Shown piece by piece: positions 11,805 to 25,609 of a DNA stretch of 64,000 nt (position 1 is the first letter of the stretch; the number at the start of each line of letters is the position of its first letter). A model generated the notes under the pieces. The model worked only from the letters and a program-made list of their open reading frames with translations. It was not told where the DNA came from and ran no database searches. The stretch comes from Mobula hypostoma (Eukaryota), in assembly GCF_963921235.1 (NCBI RefSeq), contig NC_086109.1, forward strand, positions 23,376,001 to 23,440,000, given 5' to 3'. The translations under genes were made by a program, and so were the position numbers.

Positions 11805-13260
11805 CGAACATAGAACATACAACATAGAACATAGAACAGTACAGCGCAGTACAGGCCCTTTGGTCCACAATGTTGTGCTGACCTTTTAACATCCAATAAG
11901 ATCAATCTAACCCTTCCTTCCCCATTGCTTTCTATTTTTCTTTCATCCACATGCCTATCTCTTAAATGTCCCTGAAGTATTCGCCTTTATCACCACCCCG
12001 GCACTGTAATCCATGAACTTAGCATTCTCCGTTTTTAAAAAAGACCTACCTTGAACTTCACCCTATTTTTTCCTCCAATCACTTTAAAATGATGTCCCCT
12101 GGCATTAGCCATTTCCGTCCTGGGAAAAACTCTCTGGCTGTCCACTTTATCCATGCCTCTTATCATTTTGTACACCTGTGTCAAATCACCTCTCATCCTC
12201 ATTGGATTTGAAGAAAAAAGCACTAGCTCGCTGAGCCGATCCTCATAAGACATACTCTCTAATGCAGTCAGTGTCCTGATAAATCTCCTTGCAACTCACA
12301 CAAAATTCTGGAGGAACACAATAGGTCAGGCAGCAGCTAAGTAAAGAAGCAAGGAGTCAACATTTCGGGCCAAGACCCATCACCAGGAACTCTCCTCTGC
12401 ACGCTTCCACATCCTTCCTATAACGAAGTGACCAGAAATGAACAAGTGAGGTTGAAGCAACACACACAAAATGCTGCAGGAACTCAGCAGGCAAGGCAGC
12501 ATCTATGGAAAAAAGTACAGTTGAGATATTGGGCCGAAATCTGTGTTGCTCAGATTTCCAACATCTGCAGATTTTCTCTTGTTTGAAAAGAGAGGTTGAA
12601 TCAGAATTTTATAGAGTTGCAACATTACTTTGTGGTTCTTGAACTCAACTCCCTGACCAACACACCATATTCCTTAACCACCCTATCAAATCGTGCAGCA
12701 GCTTTGCGGGATCTGAGGACTTGGACCCCAAGGTCCCTCTGGTCCTCCACGCTGCTGAGAATTGTGCCATTAACCCTGTACTCTGTCTTCAAGTTCAAGC
12801 TTCCAAAGTGTATAACTTCACAAAGTTCTGGGTTGAACTCTATCAGCCACTTCTTTGCCCAGCTCTGCATCCTATCAAAGTCCTATTGTAGCGTACAACA
12901 GTATTCTGTGCTATCAACAACACTACCAATCTTCGTGTCATCTCCAAACCTACTAGCCGATCTTTCCAGTTTGGACAAGTCATTTATAAAAATCACAAAG
13001 AGCATGGGGGGCTGACAGATTCCTGCGGAATACCACCAGGCACCGACCTCCAGGCGGAATACACTCCATCTACTACCTTCTGTGGGCATCCCAATTCTGA
13101 TTCCTTGCAGCCAAGTTTCCTTGGATCCTGTGCCTCCTGACTTTCTGAATGAGCCTACCATGGTGAACCTTGTCACCATGCCTTACTAAAGTCCATATAC
13201 ACTTCATCTACTGCTCTCCCTTCATCAATCTGTTTTGTCATTTCCTCAAAGAAGTTTCAA
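11805..13260 (-). mobile_element. CR1 LINE ORF2 3' relic with Penelope pLTR inserts
   Basis: Minus frames FVIFINDL, FGDDTKIG, WAKKWLIEFNPELCEVIHFG, RDLGVQV, MSYEDRLSEL..RMRGDL; (catagaa)n tail near 11810. Confidence 0.85.
12457..12591. mobile_element. Inverted composite of Penelope pLTR ends with 9-bp TSD
   Basis: gaggttgaa at 12448-12456 and 12592-12600; minus pLTR end joined to plus-strand 3' extension. Confidence 0.75.
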
Positions 13261-13664
13261 ATGAGACATCCCAGCCCTTGGCACCATTTGATCAAATGTA
13301 GCGCATTGGCCAACATTTATCTGCCAACCAACAACATAAGCGACACATAATCTTCTGGAGGGACTGAGTGGGTCGAGCGCCATCTGTGGGGGAGGAATTA
13401 TTGACCGGAAATGTTGACAGTTCCTTTCTCCCCAGAGATGCTGCTTGACCTGTAGACTTCTTCCTGCCGATTGTTGCTCCAGATTCCAGTATCTCCAGTC
13501 CCCTGTGTCTACAATGAAACATTGTTGGACACAAATTCTTCTTTGGTGTCCTGTGCGTTTGCAGCTCATTAAATTCTACTTCAGGTTTCAGTACAGCCAA
13601 TGTTGAACTCCCTTCCTGGTAGTGCTTGAAGTTCAAAGTACATTTATTATCAAAGTATGTATAC

Positions 13665-13966
13665 ATATGCAGATGCTGGAAATCCAAGCAACACACACAA
13701 AATGCTGGAAGAACTCAGCAGACCAGGCAGCATCTTTGGAAAAGGATACAGTTGAGGATCCTTCATCAGGACTGGAAAAAAAGTTGAGGAGTCAGAGAAA
13801 GATGGTCACTTTGTGGTTCTTCCTTCCCTCCCCCTACTTTCTTACTCTGACTCCTCATCTTTGTTTTCCAGTCCTGATGAAGGGTCTTGGCCGAAACAGC
13901 GACTGTACTCTTTTCCATATATGCTGCCTGACCTGCTGAGTTCCTCCAGCATTTTGTGTGTGTTAC
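13665..13966. mobile_element. Inverted pair of Penelope pLTR fragments
   Basis: 13665-13800 is roughly the reverse complement of 13840-13966; both arms carry the cagtcctgatgaagg core. Confidence 0.8.
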
Positions 13967-15160
13967 GCAGGTTGATAGGGTGGCTAGGAAGGCATTGGCA
14001 TGCTTGCCTTTATTAGATGAGGAATTAAGTTCAAGAGTTGGGAAATTAAGTTGCAACTTTATAAAACTCTAGGTAGGCCATACCTGGAGCATTGCAGTCA
14101 GTTCTGGTCGCATTACAGGAAGGATGTGGAGGCTTTCGAGAGGGTGCAGTAAAGGATAACCAGAATGCTGCTTGAATTAGAGGGCATGTGCAGTGGAAGT
14201 TGTACAGACTTAGCTTGTTTTCTTTGGAATGGTGTAGGCTGAGGGGTGATGTGATAGAGGGGAGGGGGGAGCGTCGACTCAGACCATGAGAGGCCTGCGT
14301 CGGGCATTTTCATGCCTTACAAGGCGCAAATTGGAAGTGATAGAAGTTTATAAGGTTATGAAGGGCATAGATAGATAGCCAGTATCTTTTACTCAAAGCT
14401 GAAATGTCTAATACCAGAGACCATGTTCTCTCTCTCGGGAAGGTCCTTACATTCAAGTGATCTTTCTCTCACTCTCACGCTCTCTTTCTCTCTCCTCCCA
14501 AGGCAAGGTTCTTGTGTTCAGGTGATCTCGCTCTCCCTCAATGCTGTCAGCAGATGGTGTGGAGCAAGCTTTATTCAGTACAGATTGAAGATCTGGAAAC
14601 TAATTCAAGTTTATGATGTATTCTAGTTTCCAGTTCTAATTCTGGTTGCTTTTCTCGTTACTATTTTGGCCGAGTTTTTGAATTGGGGCGACCTGCAGAT
14701 GATTAACACTGAGCTGAAATATGCCTTTTATGTCTTATATTCTGTGTTTTGTTTTTTTTCGTTGCCGTTGGCGTGATTTTTTTCACTGGGAGGGAGGTTT
14801 GATGTTTGATGCTCTTCTTTGGGTTGGTTCTGTGGTTCTTTGTTTCATGATTGTCTGTGGGAAAGACGACTTTCAGGGTTGTATACTGCGTACATACTTT
14901 GATAATAAATGAACTTTGAACTTTAAGGTGAGGGGGTAAGTTCACAGGAGCTGTAAAGGACAAGTTTTTTTACATGGAGAGTGGCGAGTGGTGGAGATGG
15001 AGACGAATATGGTAGAGATGACAGGCTGTTAGGTAGGTACATGAACGTGCAGGAAATTGAGGAATATGGACATTGTGTAGACAGAAGTTTAGTTTGGTAG
15101 TTGATTATTAATTAAGTTAGTTTGGCATAAGAGCTGAAGGGCCGGTTCCTCTCCTGGGCT
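13967..15160 (+). mobile_element. CR1 3' relic with nested inserts
   Basis: ctttataaaactctaggtaggcc..ctggagcattgc..gttctggtc..acaggaaggatgtggaggc is the typical CR1 ORF2 end; interrupted at 14259-14336 and ~14425-14920. Confidence 0.7.
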
Positions 15161-15544
15161 CTTATGTTTGACAAGACCACAAGGCATAGGAGCAGAATTA
15201 GGCCATTCAGCCCATTGAGTCTGCGCCGCCATTTCATCCTGGTTGATCCCGGATCCCACTCAACCCCACACACCTGCCTTCACGCCATATCCTTTGATAC
15301 CCCGACCTATCAGGAAACGATCAGTTTCCGTCTTAAATACATGCACAGACTTGACCTCCACTTCAGTCTGTGGCAGAGCGTTCCACAGATTACTACCCTC
15401 TGGCTTAAAAACTCCTTCTTTTATCTCTGTTCTGAAAGGTCGTCCCTCAATTCTTGAGGCTGTGCCCTCTAGCTCTGGATACCCCTGCTATAGGAAACAT
15501 CCTCTCCACCTCCACCCTACCTAGTTCTTTCAACATTCGGTAGG

Positions 15545-16020
15545 TCTCTTCCACCTCAGGCGACTGAAGAAGTTCAGCATGAGCCCCCAAATCCTCAAGA
15601 CCTTCTACAGGGGCACCACTGAGAGCATCTTGATTGTATCTCCACCTGGTACAGGAACTGCACCAACCTTGATTGCTGGGCACTGCAGAGAGTGCTACGG
15701 ATAGCCCAGCGTGTCTGTGGATGTGAACTTCCCTCCACTGAGGACATTTACAGTAGCAGGTACAGAAAGAAGGCGTGGAAGGTCACCGAGGACACCAGTT
15801 GCTCCAACCGTATGCTGTTTCAGCTGCTTCTGTTGGGCAAACGGTACTGTAGCATTAAAGCCAGGACCAACAGGCTATGGGACAGTTTCTTTCTACAAGC
15901 CATTAGCCTTACAAATTCACATGTCTGTACATTGTGACGGAGTCATAACGCAAAGATTTTTTACTCTCTCACATTGTGTGGTGGATGCAAGATTTAAATA
16001 AATTCAATTCAAATTCAATT
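15545..16020 (+). mobile_element. L2/Rex-Babar 3' relic
   Basis: ORF 15692-15937 (RIAQRVCG..LLLGKRYCSIKARTNRLWDSFF); (aattc)n tail. Confidence 0.7.
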
Positions 16021-16623
16021 CTCGGATGTATTTTTACCGCATTACTTGATAATTATCACATTGCTGTTTGTATATTGCTGTGAAGCTTGGTGCAATGTTT
16101 TAATGACCTGTAAATGTAGTCGCCAACTAGAAGGCTCTCCTCTACCATGGCGCTATGGTAATTTTTCTCATTCTCTCTGTTGCCACTGCTCTCCACTGCA
16201 CGGGAAGCACCTTGTATCTCTCAGACATGTGCAAGGGGCCGAGACTCAACCAACACTGGATCATTCAATCGTAATCAAACCCTTCCATCCTTCTCAGCTG
16301 ACCACCAGTTCTGCAGTACCTGATCTGAGTGCTATGACTCCCCCTTGGAACAAAGTCTCCAGCTAACATTCCTCCCTCCCTTACAGTGCATTGCAGTGGT
16401 CTGAGCCAAGTCCGTCACGCCATCGACACCTGCTGCAGATGTGGTTTCTGTTAGTTCCCACATACAACACATTACCTGCCCATTCAAAGTTCAAAGTAAA
16501 TTTATTATCGAATAACATACACGCAACCCTGAGTTTCATTTTCTTGAAGGCATACTCAATAAATCCATAATAGAATAATAACCATAACATAATCAATGAA
16601 GGTTGCACCAATTTGCGCATTCA

Positions 16624-17039
16624 TCATCGTCATCATGGCTATCCCTCGAGGTCGAGGATGATGGTCTTCATTCTGAAAAAGTGGCCTACAGAGTGAAGAT
16701 GCCTGCGCGTGTATTTGTTTAACATATACTTGATGTTGCACTCCAAGAAGCACACGATACTTCACAAATCAACCGACTGATTCCAATGGCATGGAAACCA
16801 CGACGACTGGAGCTGATGGATTTGTTGCAGCCTTCATCCGCCTTCACAGCTGTTGAGTTCGAAGTAACTTTGTCCGCCTGTTCCACCATTGAGGTCTTGG
16901 TTGGAATGTTCTGTCAGAGACCTCACCCTTGACCTTACCGCCATGGGTGACCCTACCAGGAGCATAGCTCCAGACGGCATCGCTCTCGGGATCACAGGAC
17001 CACACAAGTTTCTCCACCTTGACAAGGTGACAAGAGAAG
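16624..17039 (-). mobile_element. Short non-autonomous RTE-derived element with 11-bp TSD
   Basis: ttgcgcattca at 16613-16623 and 17040-17050; RTE-like 5' leader (caccttgtcaaggtggag..ctggtagggtcacccatggc) and (tga)n tail. Confidence 0.7.
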
Positions 17040-20000
17040 TTGCGCATTCAACCAGTGTGCAAAAGACAACAAACTGTGCAAATACAAAATGAAAGAAATA
17101 ATAGGAATAAATAAATAAGCAATAACTATTGAAAACATCAGATGAAGAGTACTTGAAAGTGAATCCATAGGTTGTGGGAACATTTCAATGATGAGGCAAG
17201 TGAAGTTGAGTGAAGTTCAAGAGTCTGGTGGTTGAGGGGTAATAACTGTTCCTGAACCTGGCGGTGTGAGTCATGAGGCTCCTGTACCTCCTTCCTGATG
17301 GTAGGAGTGAGCAGACTGCATATCCTGGGTGTTGGGGGTCCCTGATGCTGCTTTCCTGTGACAATGATCACGATGGGAGATCGTGCATGAAGATCATGAT
17401 GGACCATCCATGCTTATCTTAAATAAAATAATGCTTGAAGTAGATTGCTACATCATTGCCCTTACTGCTCCAAAGCCCCTTCATCACTCAACCCCGTAGA
17501 CACTGCACTCAGTTTACATTGTCCAATAACTTTGGACATTGTCATCTGTTCTTCGGTTCTGCTAGTTCTGAGTCACTTGACCTCAGTTAACCAGTTGTAG
17601 CTGGTTACCTAATAACCTGGCAGGCTGCAGAACAGTTTTTGGGGAGCAATGATCACTGCCTTCCTATACACCTCTGAACAGATGTCTCAAAGTAATGAAT
17701 GGAGAACATCAATAGAGTTGCTGAACATCTTCAATGTTCACTGGAAGGGTCATCAAACCAACATCAATGCCATCTTCCAGACTAGCATGCCAGCAGAGGG
17801 ACCTGAAATGCACTTAGCTGGCTCTGCTGGGCTGTCCATGTCACTCTCCTGACACTAAAGACTCAAAGCATCCTCTTCTGCATTGTACTGTGGGAAGTGA
17901 CCACGAGACGGATAGAGGAAAAGATTGTGCGGGCTCGAAGCCTCCTTACAAAAAAAATGCAATCCCCGTGGTGACTCTTGGGAACTCCTGGCCTATATCT
18001 TCTCAAAATGAAGAAGGAACATTTGGGATGAAATTAAGACACGATGCATCAAGAACACGCACAACCCTTTGTGAGTTGCAGAAGAGCACACCAGCTCACT
18101 TGTTGCCGAGTTGCCTACCCCTCTCCTGCCCCGTCAGTGTAAGGGTTCATGACTCCCTCAACAGCCTCATCAATCAATTCAGGATCCATAACGACAGAGC
18201 GGAAGCAAGTCATCCTTCATACCGAGGGACTGCCCAAGATTCAACTAGTTCAACCATTGCAACTGGAGTCTGTAAGATTAGGGGAAATCTGACAGCTAAC
18301 TGCTTACATTACAATTACACCCTTATTTTTCTAGCCCACTCTCTTTAGACATTCAGTGGGCGCTGCAGGCCTAGTGAAAGTACAGAAAGGTTAAGAGGAG
18401 AATTGACAAGGGGTGTTGTTCACACTGAAAGAATACAGTTGATCAAAAATGATTTAAAAAGGAATGTCAATAATGCATTGACAAGAAGTCCCAGGTAAAG
18501 ATGATATTCATTTAACCAATATATGATGTTATTGAACTGGAATGTAATGCCGTTCTGAAAATAAGGTGGATAACTTCCAAAATAGAACCGAGTTAGTACC
18601 TCCAAGGAGGAGAAGGCTTACAGAGTTATATGGATTGAGTAGGCAATGGAGGTTAATGAACTGAATAGCCTGTAATATCGTATCATTCTTAGGTATGTCG
18701 GCCAAGTAATAGCATTTATTTCTGGAACAGGTGGTCAGGGCAGAGAGTTGAGCCTCCGTGACATTGTGGTTCTATTCTTGGAAAAACTCAGTGCAAATAG
18801 AAACTGTAAAGTAATACTAAGAGTCAGTGGGAAACAGCCAACTTTACTAGAGTCATCAATATATCTTGGTGACCAAGCTGCACTGTTTCAAAAAAAGAAG
18901 TGAACCCATAAAGGGTCACGATCGATCGAGGCCTGACTATCACGTAACAAACATAATGCCTGGAATAAATTGCAGAAATCAACACGCTTTCATGTGGTGT
19001 ATTGTGTGGTCTGCTATTGAACGGGAATGTAGTGCCTTTCATGTGCATTGTGGCTGAGAAATAAAAGAAGAACATGGCCTTGAAGTTCATTTGCAATACT
19101 CACTTTACAGCATTATCCAATTGAAAACCGATTCTGCTTCGGAAAAAAAAAATGAATGACAGTTTCCGTGTTGTTTCCTGTTGGAAATTTGTGACCTGGC
19201 ATGAGTCACCCGTGTGATCTTGTTGTGATTATTACATCAGAAGTGCACAGGATTAGGTAATTGCCCATGCTGCACTGCTTGTGGAACATTGAAGGGGAAT
19301 TTCTACTCATTGTTCGGGGGGACCTGTTGTTGGGAACTTCCTAGAACTTAATGACCTGAGTGGGAGATGACTATGGAGGGTAAATTAAATACAGCCTCCT
19401 TATAGGATCTGCACTGAGACAACACACCAGCACCATGCATACCCTTCCAGAGATCTCTTGCCTGCCTCTGGCCACCCGAACTGGGCCAGCTCAGAGGGTG
19501 CAGAGCCCCCTCAGCACCCAGGTTCAAGGACAGCTCTTATGCTGCTGTTATAAGACTACTGAATGGACCTCTTGAACAATGAGATGCACTCTTGACCTCA
19601 GAATCTACTTTGTCATCTAGCCCATCATACACTTACATCTTATTGTCTGCCTGCACTGCACTTACTCTGTAACACTGTTATTGTTTTGCCCTTGTACTTC
19701 CTTGATGCACTATTGTGATGACATGATCTGTATGGATGGCAACACAAAAGAATTTTTTTACCGTGCCTCAGTACGTATCCAAATTAGCAATTAACGATTT
19801 AATTTTATGCTATGCCCCATTAACATTGCTGCCTGAAAATTCATTGTCCTCTTGACATCACCCCATCCATTGTACAGCAGTACTTCCATGCCTCAAATGA
19901 GATTTTCAGCCTGTTAGATGCAATATTTTATATCATGGTTTTCTGAGCTAAAGCTGTCAGTATTGTCAATTGGGCTCAGTAGACCACTTAAATAACATGT

Positions 20001-20089
20001 GACATCTCATTATTGCCAGACTTGGTTTTCCCTGTCTTATCTGTAGAAAAAATAAAAACATTATAAATATTAAAATGAATAATGATTTG

Positions 20090-21025
20090 GAATTGGTTTA
20101 TTATTGCAGTAAGCTTCTCTTGCATACTGTTCATACAGGTCAAATCATTATACAGTGCATTGAGGTAAAGCAGAATGAAGTGTAACAGCTACAGAGAAAT
20201 TGCAGTGCAGGTAAACAATTTGGTGCAAGAACATTATGAAGTAGATTGTGATGTCAGGTGTTCACCTTTTTCATACTAGGGAGCCATTTAATAGTCTTAG
20301 GGGGACAAAACTGTCCATGAGCTTGGTGGTATTTGCTTTCAAGTTTTTGATATTTTCTGCCTGATGGAGGATTGGAGAAGACGAATGCCCAGGGTGGGCT
20401 GGTCTTGGATTATGTTGGTTCTTCACTGAGGCAATGACAAGTACTGCCAGAGTTCATAGAGGGGAGGCTGGATGTGATGAGCTGTGTCTACAACTCTCTG
20501 CAGTTTCTTGCGGTTGCTGTACCAAGCCATATTGTATCCAGATATGAAGCTTTCTATGGTGCATAGATTAAAAATCGGTACGGGTTGTCGGGGGCATGCC
20601 AAATTTCTTTAGCCTCCAGAGAAAGTAGAAGTATTGTTCAGTCTTCATGGCTGTAGCGTCTACGTGATTGGGCCAGGAAAGGTTATTGACCTCGACATTG
20701 CTGATGCAGACAAGAGCATGTTTTTTGCTGAAGCCTTTTCTGTTGACGTTGAGGGAAAGATTGTGGTCACGACACCATGTCACGAAGCTCTCTATCATCT
20801 TCCCATAGTCCGACTCATGGCTCAATGCGGTGGTATCATCTGCAAATGTATCGATGGGAGTTAGAGCAGGATCTGGCCATGCCCTCATGAGTGTACAGAG
20901 AGTAGAGTAGGGGGCTGAAGATGCCACCCTGGAGCACCAGTGTTTAGAATAATCGTTTTGGAGGTATTGCTGCCTATCCTGAATGATTGCAATCTGTTAC
21001 TCAGGAAGTCAAGGATCCAGTTGCA
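20090..21025 (-). mobile_element. Decayed L2/Rex-Babar LINE
   Basis: ORF 20568-20927: FADDTT, WCRDHNLSLNVN, YFLWRLKKFG. Confidence 0.75.
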
Positions 21026-21499
21026 GACTCTGCCCTCCTGAAATTTCCATAATCTATTGCTATGTTCCTAGTTTTGAACCATTGGATCTCTGCCTCCATG
21101 TGTGTACATACACAAGTGCCATTTGTGCCCTTCAGCTTGATGACCGAAGTTGCAGTCATTTTGCTTCCAGAGTTGAATATTTTCCTTTTCTTCTACTCCA
21201 GCAGGAAACTTGTTGATTATCGAGGTGCAATATTTTTGTGTGAAAGATTGGGGAAAGTGTCTGCCCATCCTTGGGTAACCCCAGGCTCACTGGTATTGGC
21301 TCTGTAATCAATCTCCTTGTTAGATTCATGACTTGTATGTCTTGTCGTGGCTGATGTAGAATGAAAGTGAATTTTTGAGGGCAAGTTTGATCTGTCTGTG
21401 AATCAAAGGCTTCAGTTCAGATACACTGCATTATATCTTGGATCATTTACACAGTGCAGATATAACCTATTGTGCCTTTTGATCAATGGAACATATACT

Positions 21500-21900
21500 G
21501 CTTCTTATTACTAGGCCATCGTTGACTAGGTCACGGCAGCATCTAAAAGATGGGATATCTGCAGAACAAAAGGTTCTCTACCAATCTGCTTCTCTTGCAC
21601 AGCATCTTTCCCTGGCAGTAAAGCCCCATAATAAGTCCCCGGGAAAGATGAAACACGTTATGTATCTCAAGTGCAACTTCCAAGTGAACACAGATACCAA
21701 TAAAATTCAGGGAGTTAGCAAAGTCTTTTCCTATTTAAATAAAAGAACATTTGAAACTCAAGATCTTAAACCTGACACAAAGCTCTTGGACTACCTCAGG
21801 GCAGTAACTCCTGTCTTGCTGTATGTTCAGGGATGCAAGCCATCCATAGCAGGTAACCCTGAAGAGTTGTAGAGGTACCAAGGAAATCTAATGGCTAAGT
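21500..21900 (+). mobile_element. Very old RTE LINE RT relic
   Basis: VSKVFSYL and KPDTKLLDYLRAVTPVLLY resemble RTE motifs V..F.YLG and TKL.VY.A.V...LLYG. Confidence 0.45.
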
Positions 21901-22049
21901 GTACCAATCTTCTCTCAGCCATCTGTGGTTGGAGGTCAGGGGTAGGAACTGCATATTTTACATACCCAAAGCTCATCATCACAAAATGACATAATCATTA
22001 CTAAATGACAATAAAAGAGGACTGCGTGTCCTCATAATCTAATCTAATC

Positions 22050-22395
22050 ATCATTCTGTACCATGCTGTATGATGTAGGTGATTATGTTCTCGATCATGA
22101 TTGTTCTTGGCAAATTTTTCTGCATAAGTGGTTTGCCATTACCTTCTTCTGGGCAGTGTCTTTACAAGATGAGTGACCCCAACTATTATCAATACCCTTC
22201 AGAGATTGTCTGCCTGATGTCAGTGGGCACATAACCAGGACTTGTGATATGCACCACCTGCTCTCATGGCTTCATGTGACTCTGATCGGTGTGGCTAAGC
22301 AGGTGCTACACCTTGCCCAAGGATGACCTGCAGGCTAGCAGAGGGAAAGAGTGCCTTACAACTCCTTTGGTAGAGAGACAGATCTCCACCCAAAA
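22050..22395 (-). mobile_element. SINE-like repeat with RTE-type 3' end
   Basis: gtggtttgccattaccttc motif resembles the reversed RTE/BovB-type tail; no ORF. Confidence 0.5.
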
Positions 22396-22404
22396 TGAGA
22401 CTTT

Positions 22405-23010
22405 TGAAATAAAATCAGAGGCAGATTTATAATCTCTAACTTGCATGATGTGAAATGTGTTGTTTTGTGACAGCAGTATATTGCAGAGATGTAAAATTAG
22501 TATAAATTTCAAAATTAAATTTAAAAAGCCCCAAAAAAGTAACAATGAGGTAGTGTTCATAGACTGTTCAAAAATTTGATGGCAGAGGGGAAGAAGCTGT
22601 TTCTGAATCATTGAGTGTGGGTGCTCTGGCTCCTGTACCTTCTCCCTGATGATAGCAATGAGAAGAGGATTTGTCCCAGATGGTAAGGATGACACTTTCT
22701 TGAGGCACTGGCTCTTGAAGGTGTCTTCGGTTGTGGGGTGGGTTCTGCCCATGGTACAGTTGGTTGAACCTACAACCCTCTGCAGCCTCTTATGATCCTG
22801 TGCATTGGAGCTTCCATATCAGGTGGTGATACGGCCAGCCAGACTGCTGCCTGTTGAAACGTGTAGGAGACTTTGGTGACGTACCAAATCTCCTCAGACT
22901 CCTAATGAAGTAGAGTTGCTGGTGTGCATTCTTTGTGACGTGCCCAGGATTGACCCTCCGAAATGTTAGCGCTCAGGTACCTGAAGCTGCTCACTCTTTC
23001 CACCATTTCC
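22405..23010 (-). mobile_element. Decayed L2/Rex-Babar 3' fragment
   Basis: Same 3' coding end and UTR pattern as 1155-2090, reversed. Confidence 0.65.
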
Positions 23011-23764
23011 GCCACTAATCCCACTCGATTCCACTCTACCCTGAGCTTAATCACAGGAGAAGTTACTGTAAATGAAAAGAAAATATTTCAAAGACATTCT
23101 GGAAGTTTTCCAGAATGTGTAACTTCACTTCCAGCAAAATGTAACCTCATCACTGAGCTATGGAACCGCAGATTTATGATTAAGGCACTACAGTGCATTT
23201 AATCAAATAGAAGACACTCTGAACCTATTCTTAAAAGGTAACAAATGAACTAGATTTAGTCATGGATGAGAAGAGTTCAGGAACTTTGGAAACAGCTTTT
23301 ATGTGCACTGTTAATGGCTAATGCTGTTAAGGAACAAACAAACGCATTTCATGCAAGATCTTATTAACTAGTGCATTATCAAAGAAAGTTAAAGCTTTAT
23401 CTGACTGTCTGACACGGAAATGAATTGTAAAGGGGGTTAATGAAGAGTGTCTGTTAAAGTATTTTACAGCTGGCTGCTGTGGGACATGGGTCAAATGCAG
23501 GCAAATGGGACTAGCTTAGATTGGGATCTTGGTTGGCCTGGGCCTGTTTGACCAAAGGGCCTGTTTACAAAAGGTCTGTATGTCTCTATGTGGCCTTATG
23601 GGAGAGTAGCCGACATCAACTTTGCTCCTGCAGGAAATGTAGAAGAGAGTGCCTCCATAGCTGGAGAAAGTTTCAGTTCCCAGACGGTAAATTCTTCTAA
23701 ATTGTGTCTCATCTGGTGCTCGTGGAGCCATTTCCCTCTTTGCAGAAGCTGTGCATTTCACCCC

Positions 23765-24150
23765 CCTGCCTCTTACACTGCTGGTGTTTAGGGCAACAAT
23801 GAAGGTCCTCCATCTCTGGTGGTTCATCAGTCAGTCGCTCGGTTTTCTCTACTGTCAGTCATGTTCTGGGTGGAGACTCAGGAATGCTATCATACTCAGA
23901 TGTAGGATTTTTCATTGCTGTTTCCGTTAACAGTTTTGTTTTACTAGTCAGGGTTCTAGCCTTGAGCTGAACCCCCGAGCTTGGAGGACTAGTGGACCAT
24001 TCTTCGTCTGGCCTCTACCCTTTGAGCTGTTTGGCGTGAGTGACCCTACCAAAAGCCAAAGCATAAAGCCCAGACTCCAGCCAGCACAGCTCTCCGGGCC
24101 ATCGAGGCATGCAAGCCTCCAAACCACGGCAAGGTTATGGTCCTCTTGGA
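23765..24150 (-). mobile_element. Short non-autonomous RTE-derived element
   Basis: Minus 5' leader aaccttgccgtggtttggaggcttg..ttggtagggtcac..ggtagaggccagac parallels that of 16624-17039. Approximate ends. Confidence 0.55.
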
Positions 24151-24409
24151 TGTTCTTGCATTCCTGGCTGTGGAATTTTGAAGTGGAACCTGCGGGAACC
24201 CGAGTTCGGTGACTGGATTCCAGTTTGGGTCAGTTTACTCAAGGTTTATTTTGCAGAGAGTTCTGTGGCACCATGTCAACAACACCAAGAAAACGTTCTT
24301 TCAGACTTTAAGTAATGTTCAGTGTTCTTCATGAGTGAACCATGCCAGTCACTTTTTAGATTAATAAGGTGCAAAATCTTAACAGGACTGAATTTTGAGG
24401 GTGTGTGGG

Positions 24410-24416
<7 letters not shown>

Positions 24417-24450
<34 letters not shown>
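24417..24450. repeat. (GA)n microsatellite preceded by GT repeats
   Basis: Directly visible. Confidence 0.95.
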
Positions 24451-24453
<3 letters not shown>

Positions 24454-25609
24454 TAAGGACATGAGGCAACTTCCTTACATAAAACATAGAGCAGTACTGT
24501 ACAGTGCAGGCCCTTCAGCCCACAATGTGCTGACCTTTTAACCTTTTAAGATCAATCTAACCCTTGCCTCTAGCACAGGCCTCCATTTCTCTTTTGTCCA
24601 TGTGCCTATTGACAAGTCTCTTAAATGTCCCTAATGTATCTGCCTCTACTACCACCCTTGACAGTGCATTCCATGCACCTATCACTCTCTGTGTTTAAAA
24701 AAAAATCTACTTCTGACATCCAACCCCACCTGTAGTTTCCTCCAGTGTCCTTAAAATTATGTGCCCTCATATTAGCCATTTCTGCCCTGGGAAACAGTCT
24801 CTGGCGGTCTACTCTACCTCTGCCTCTTAACATTTGTATATCTCAGCAAGTCTCCTCTTATTTTGTTCAAAGGCCAGTTGAGGCAAGGCCTTGTCAAGTG
24901 AGTGTATATGAAAATCTCACTCTGAAAGGCCCATAGTAGTAACACACACAAAATGCTGGAGGAACTCAGCAGGCCAGGCAGTGTCTAGGGAGAGGAATAA
25001 AGCGTTGCTGTTTGGGGCGAGAACTTTCTTCCGGACAGTGCATACACTATTAGTGATGGGCACCTAGCTTTACAGGAAGCCCATAAAGTTGGTTAATGAT
25101 GCATGAGCACTGTTTTCATCTACACAGAGTGGGTATTTCTGGCAATGCACCAATGAGTTTCTAGGCCAACACATTTGAATAGAAGTATTGTGAATGAAAC
25201 TGATCAGAGCAAAAGACTATCCCTTATCATCTGTGGGGTGATTTTAATTTACTTGATTGTAATAACCAATAAATACCCAAATATGAGCATTTGATCATCG
25301 TTTGATTGTGGGTGTTTGAAAGGAAAAAGAAGTGTCCACAGTGTGTCTCCAATCTATTTGTAAACTTTGTCCCTGATTAAATGTAGTCATTGATTCTCAA
25401 TTATTTAATCTCGTTATCTCTGATAATTAAAATCTTCATGACAAATGTGAGAAAATTTAACTCAACTCTGCACTGCTACTCAGTAAGGTCATTCGTGATT
25501 TGATCTTCGGCCTCATCTCCATGGTCCCTGTAATCCTTGAATCCTTTGTGGTCTGAAAATCTTATCTTGTGTCTTGTTCTTGAAAATATTCTCTGCCTCG
25601 TCATCCATA

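Noticed and set aside
21486..21872. 128-aa ORF as a host gene
   Set aside because: Contains eroded RTE RT motifs; no splice support.
22250..22395. HDV-like ribozyme at the SINE 5' end
   Set aside because: Could not assemble the nested double pseudoknot by eye.
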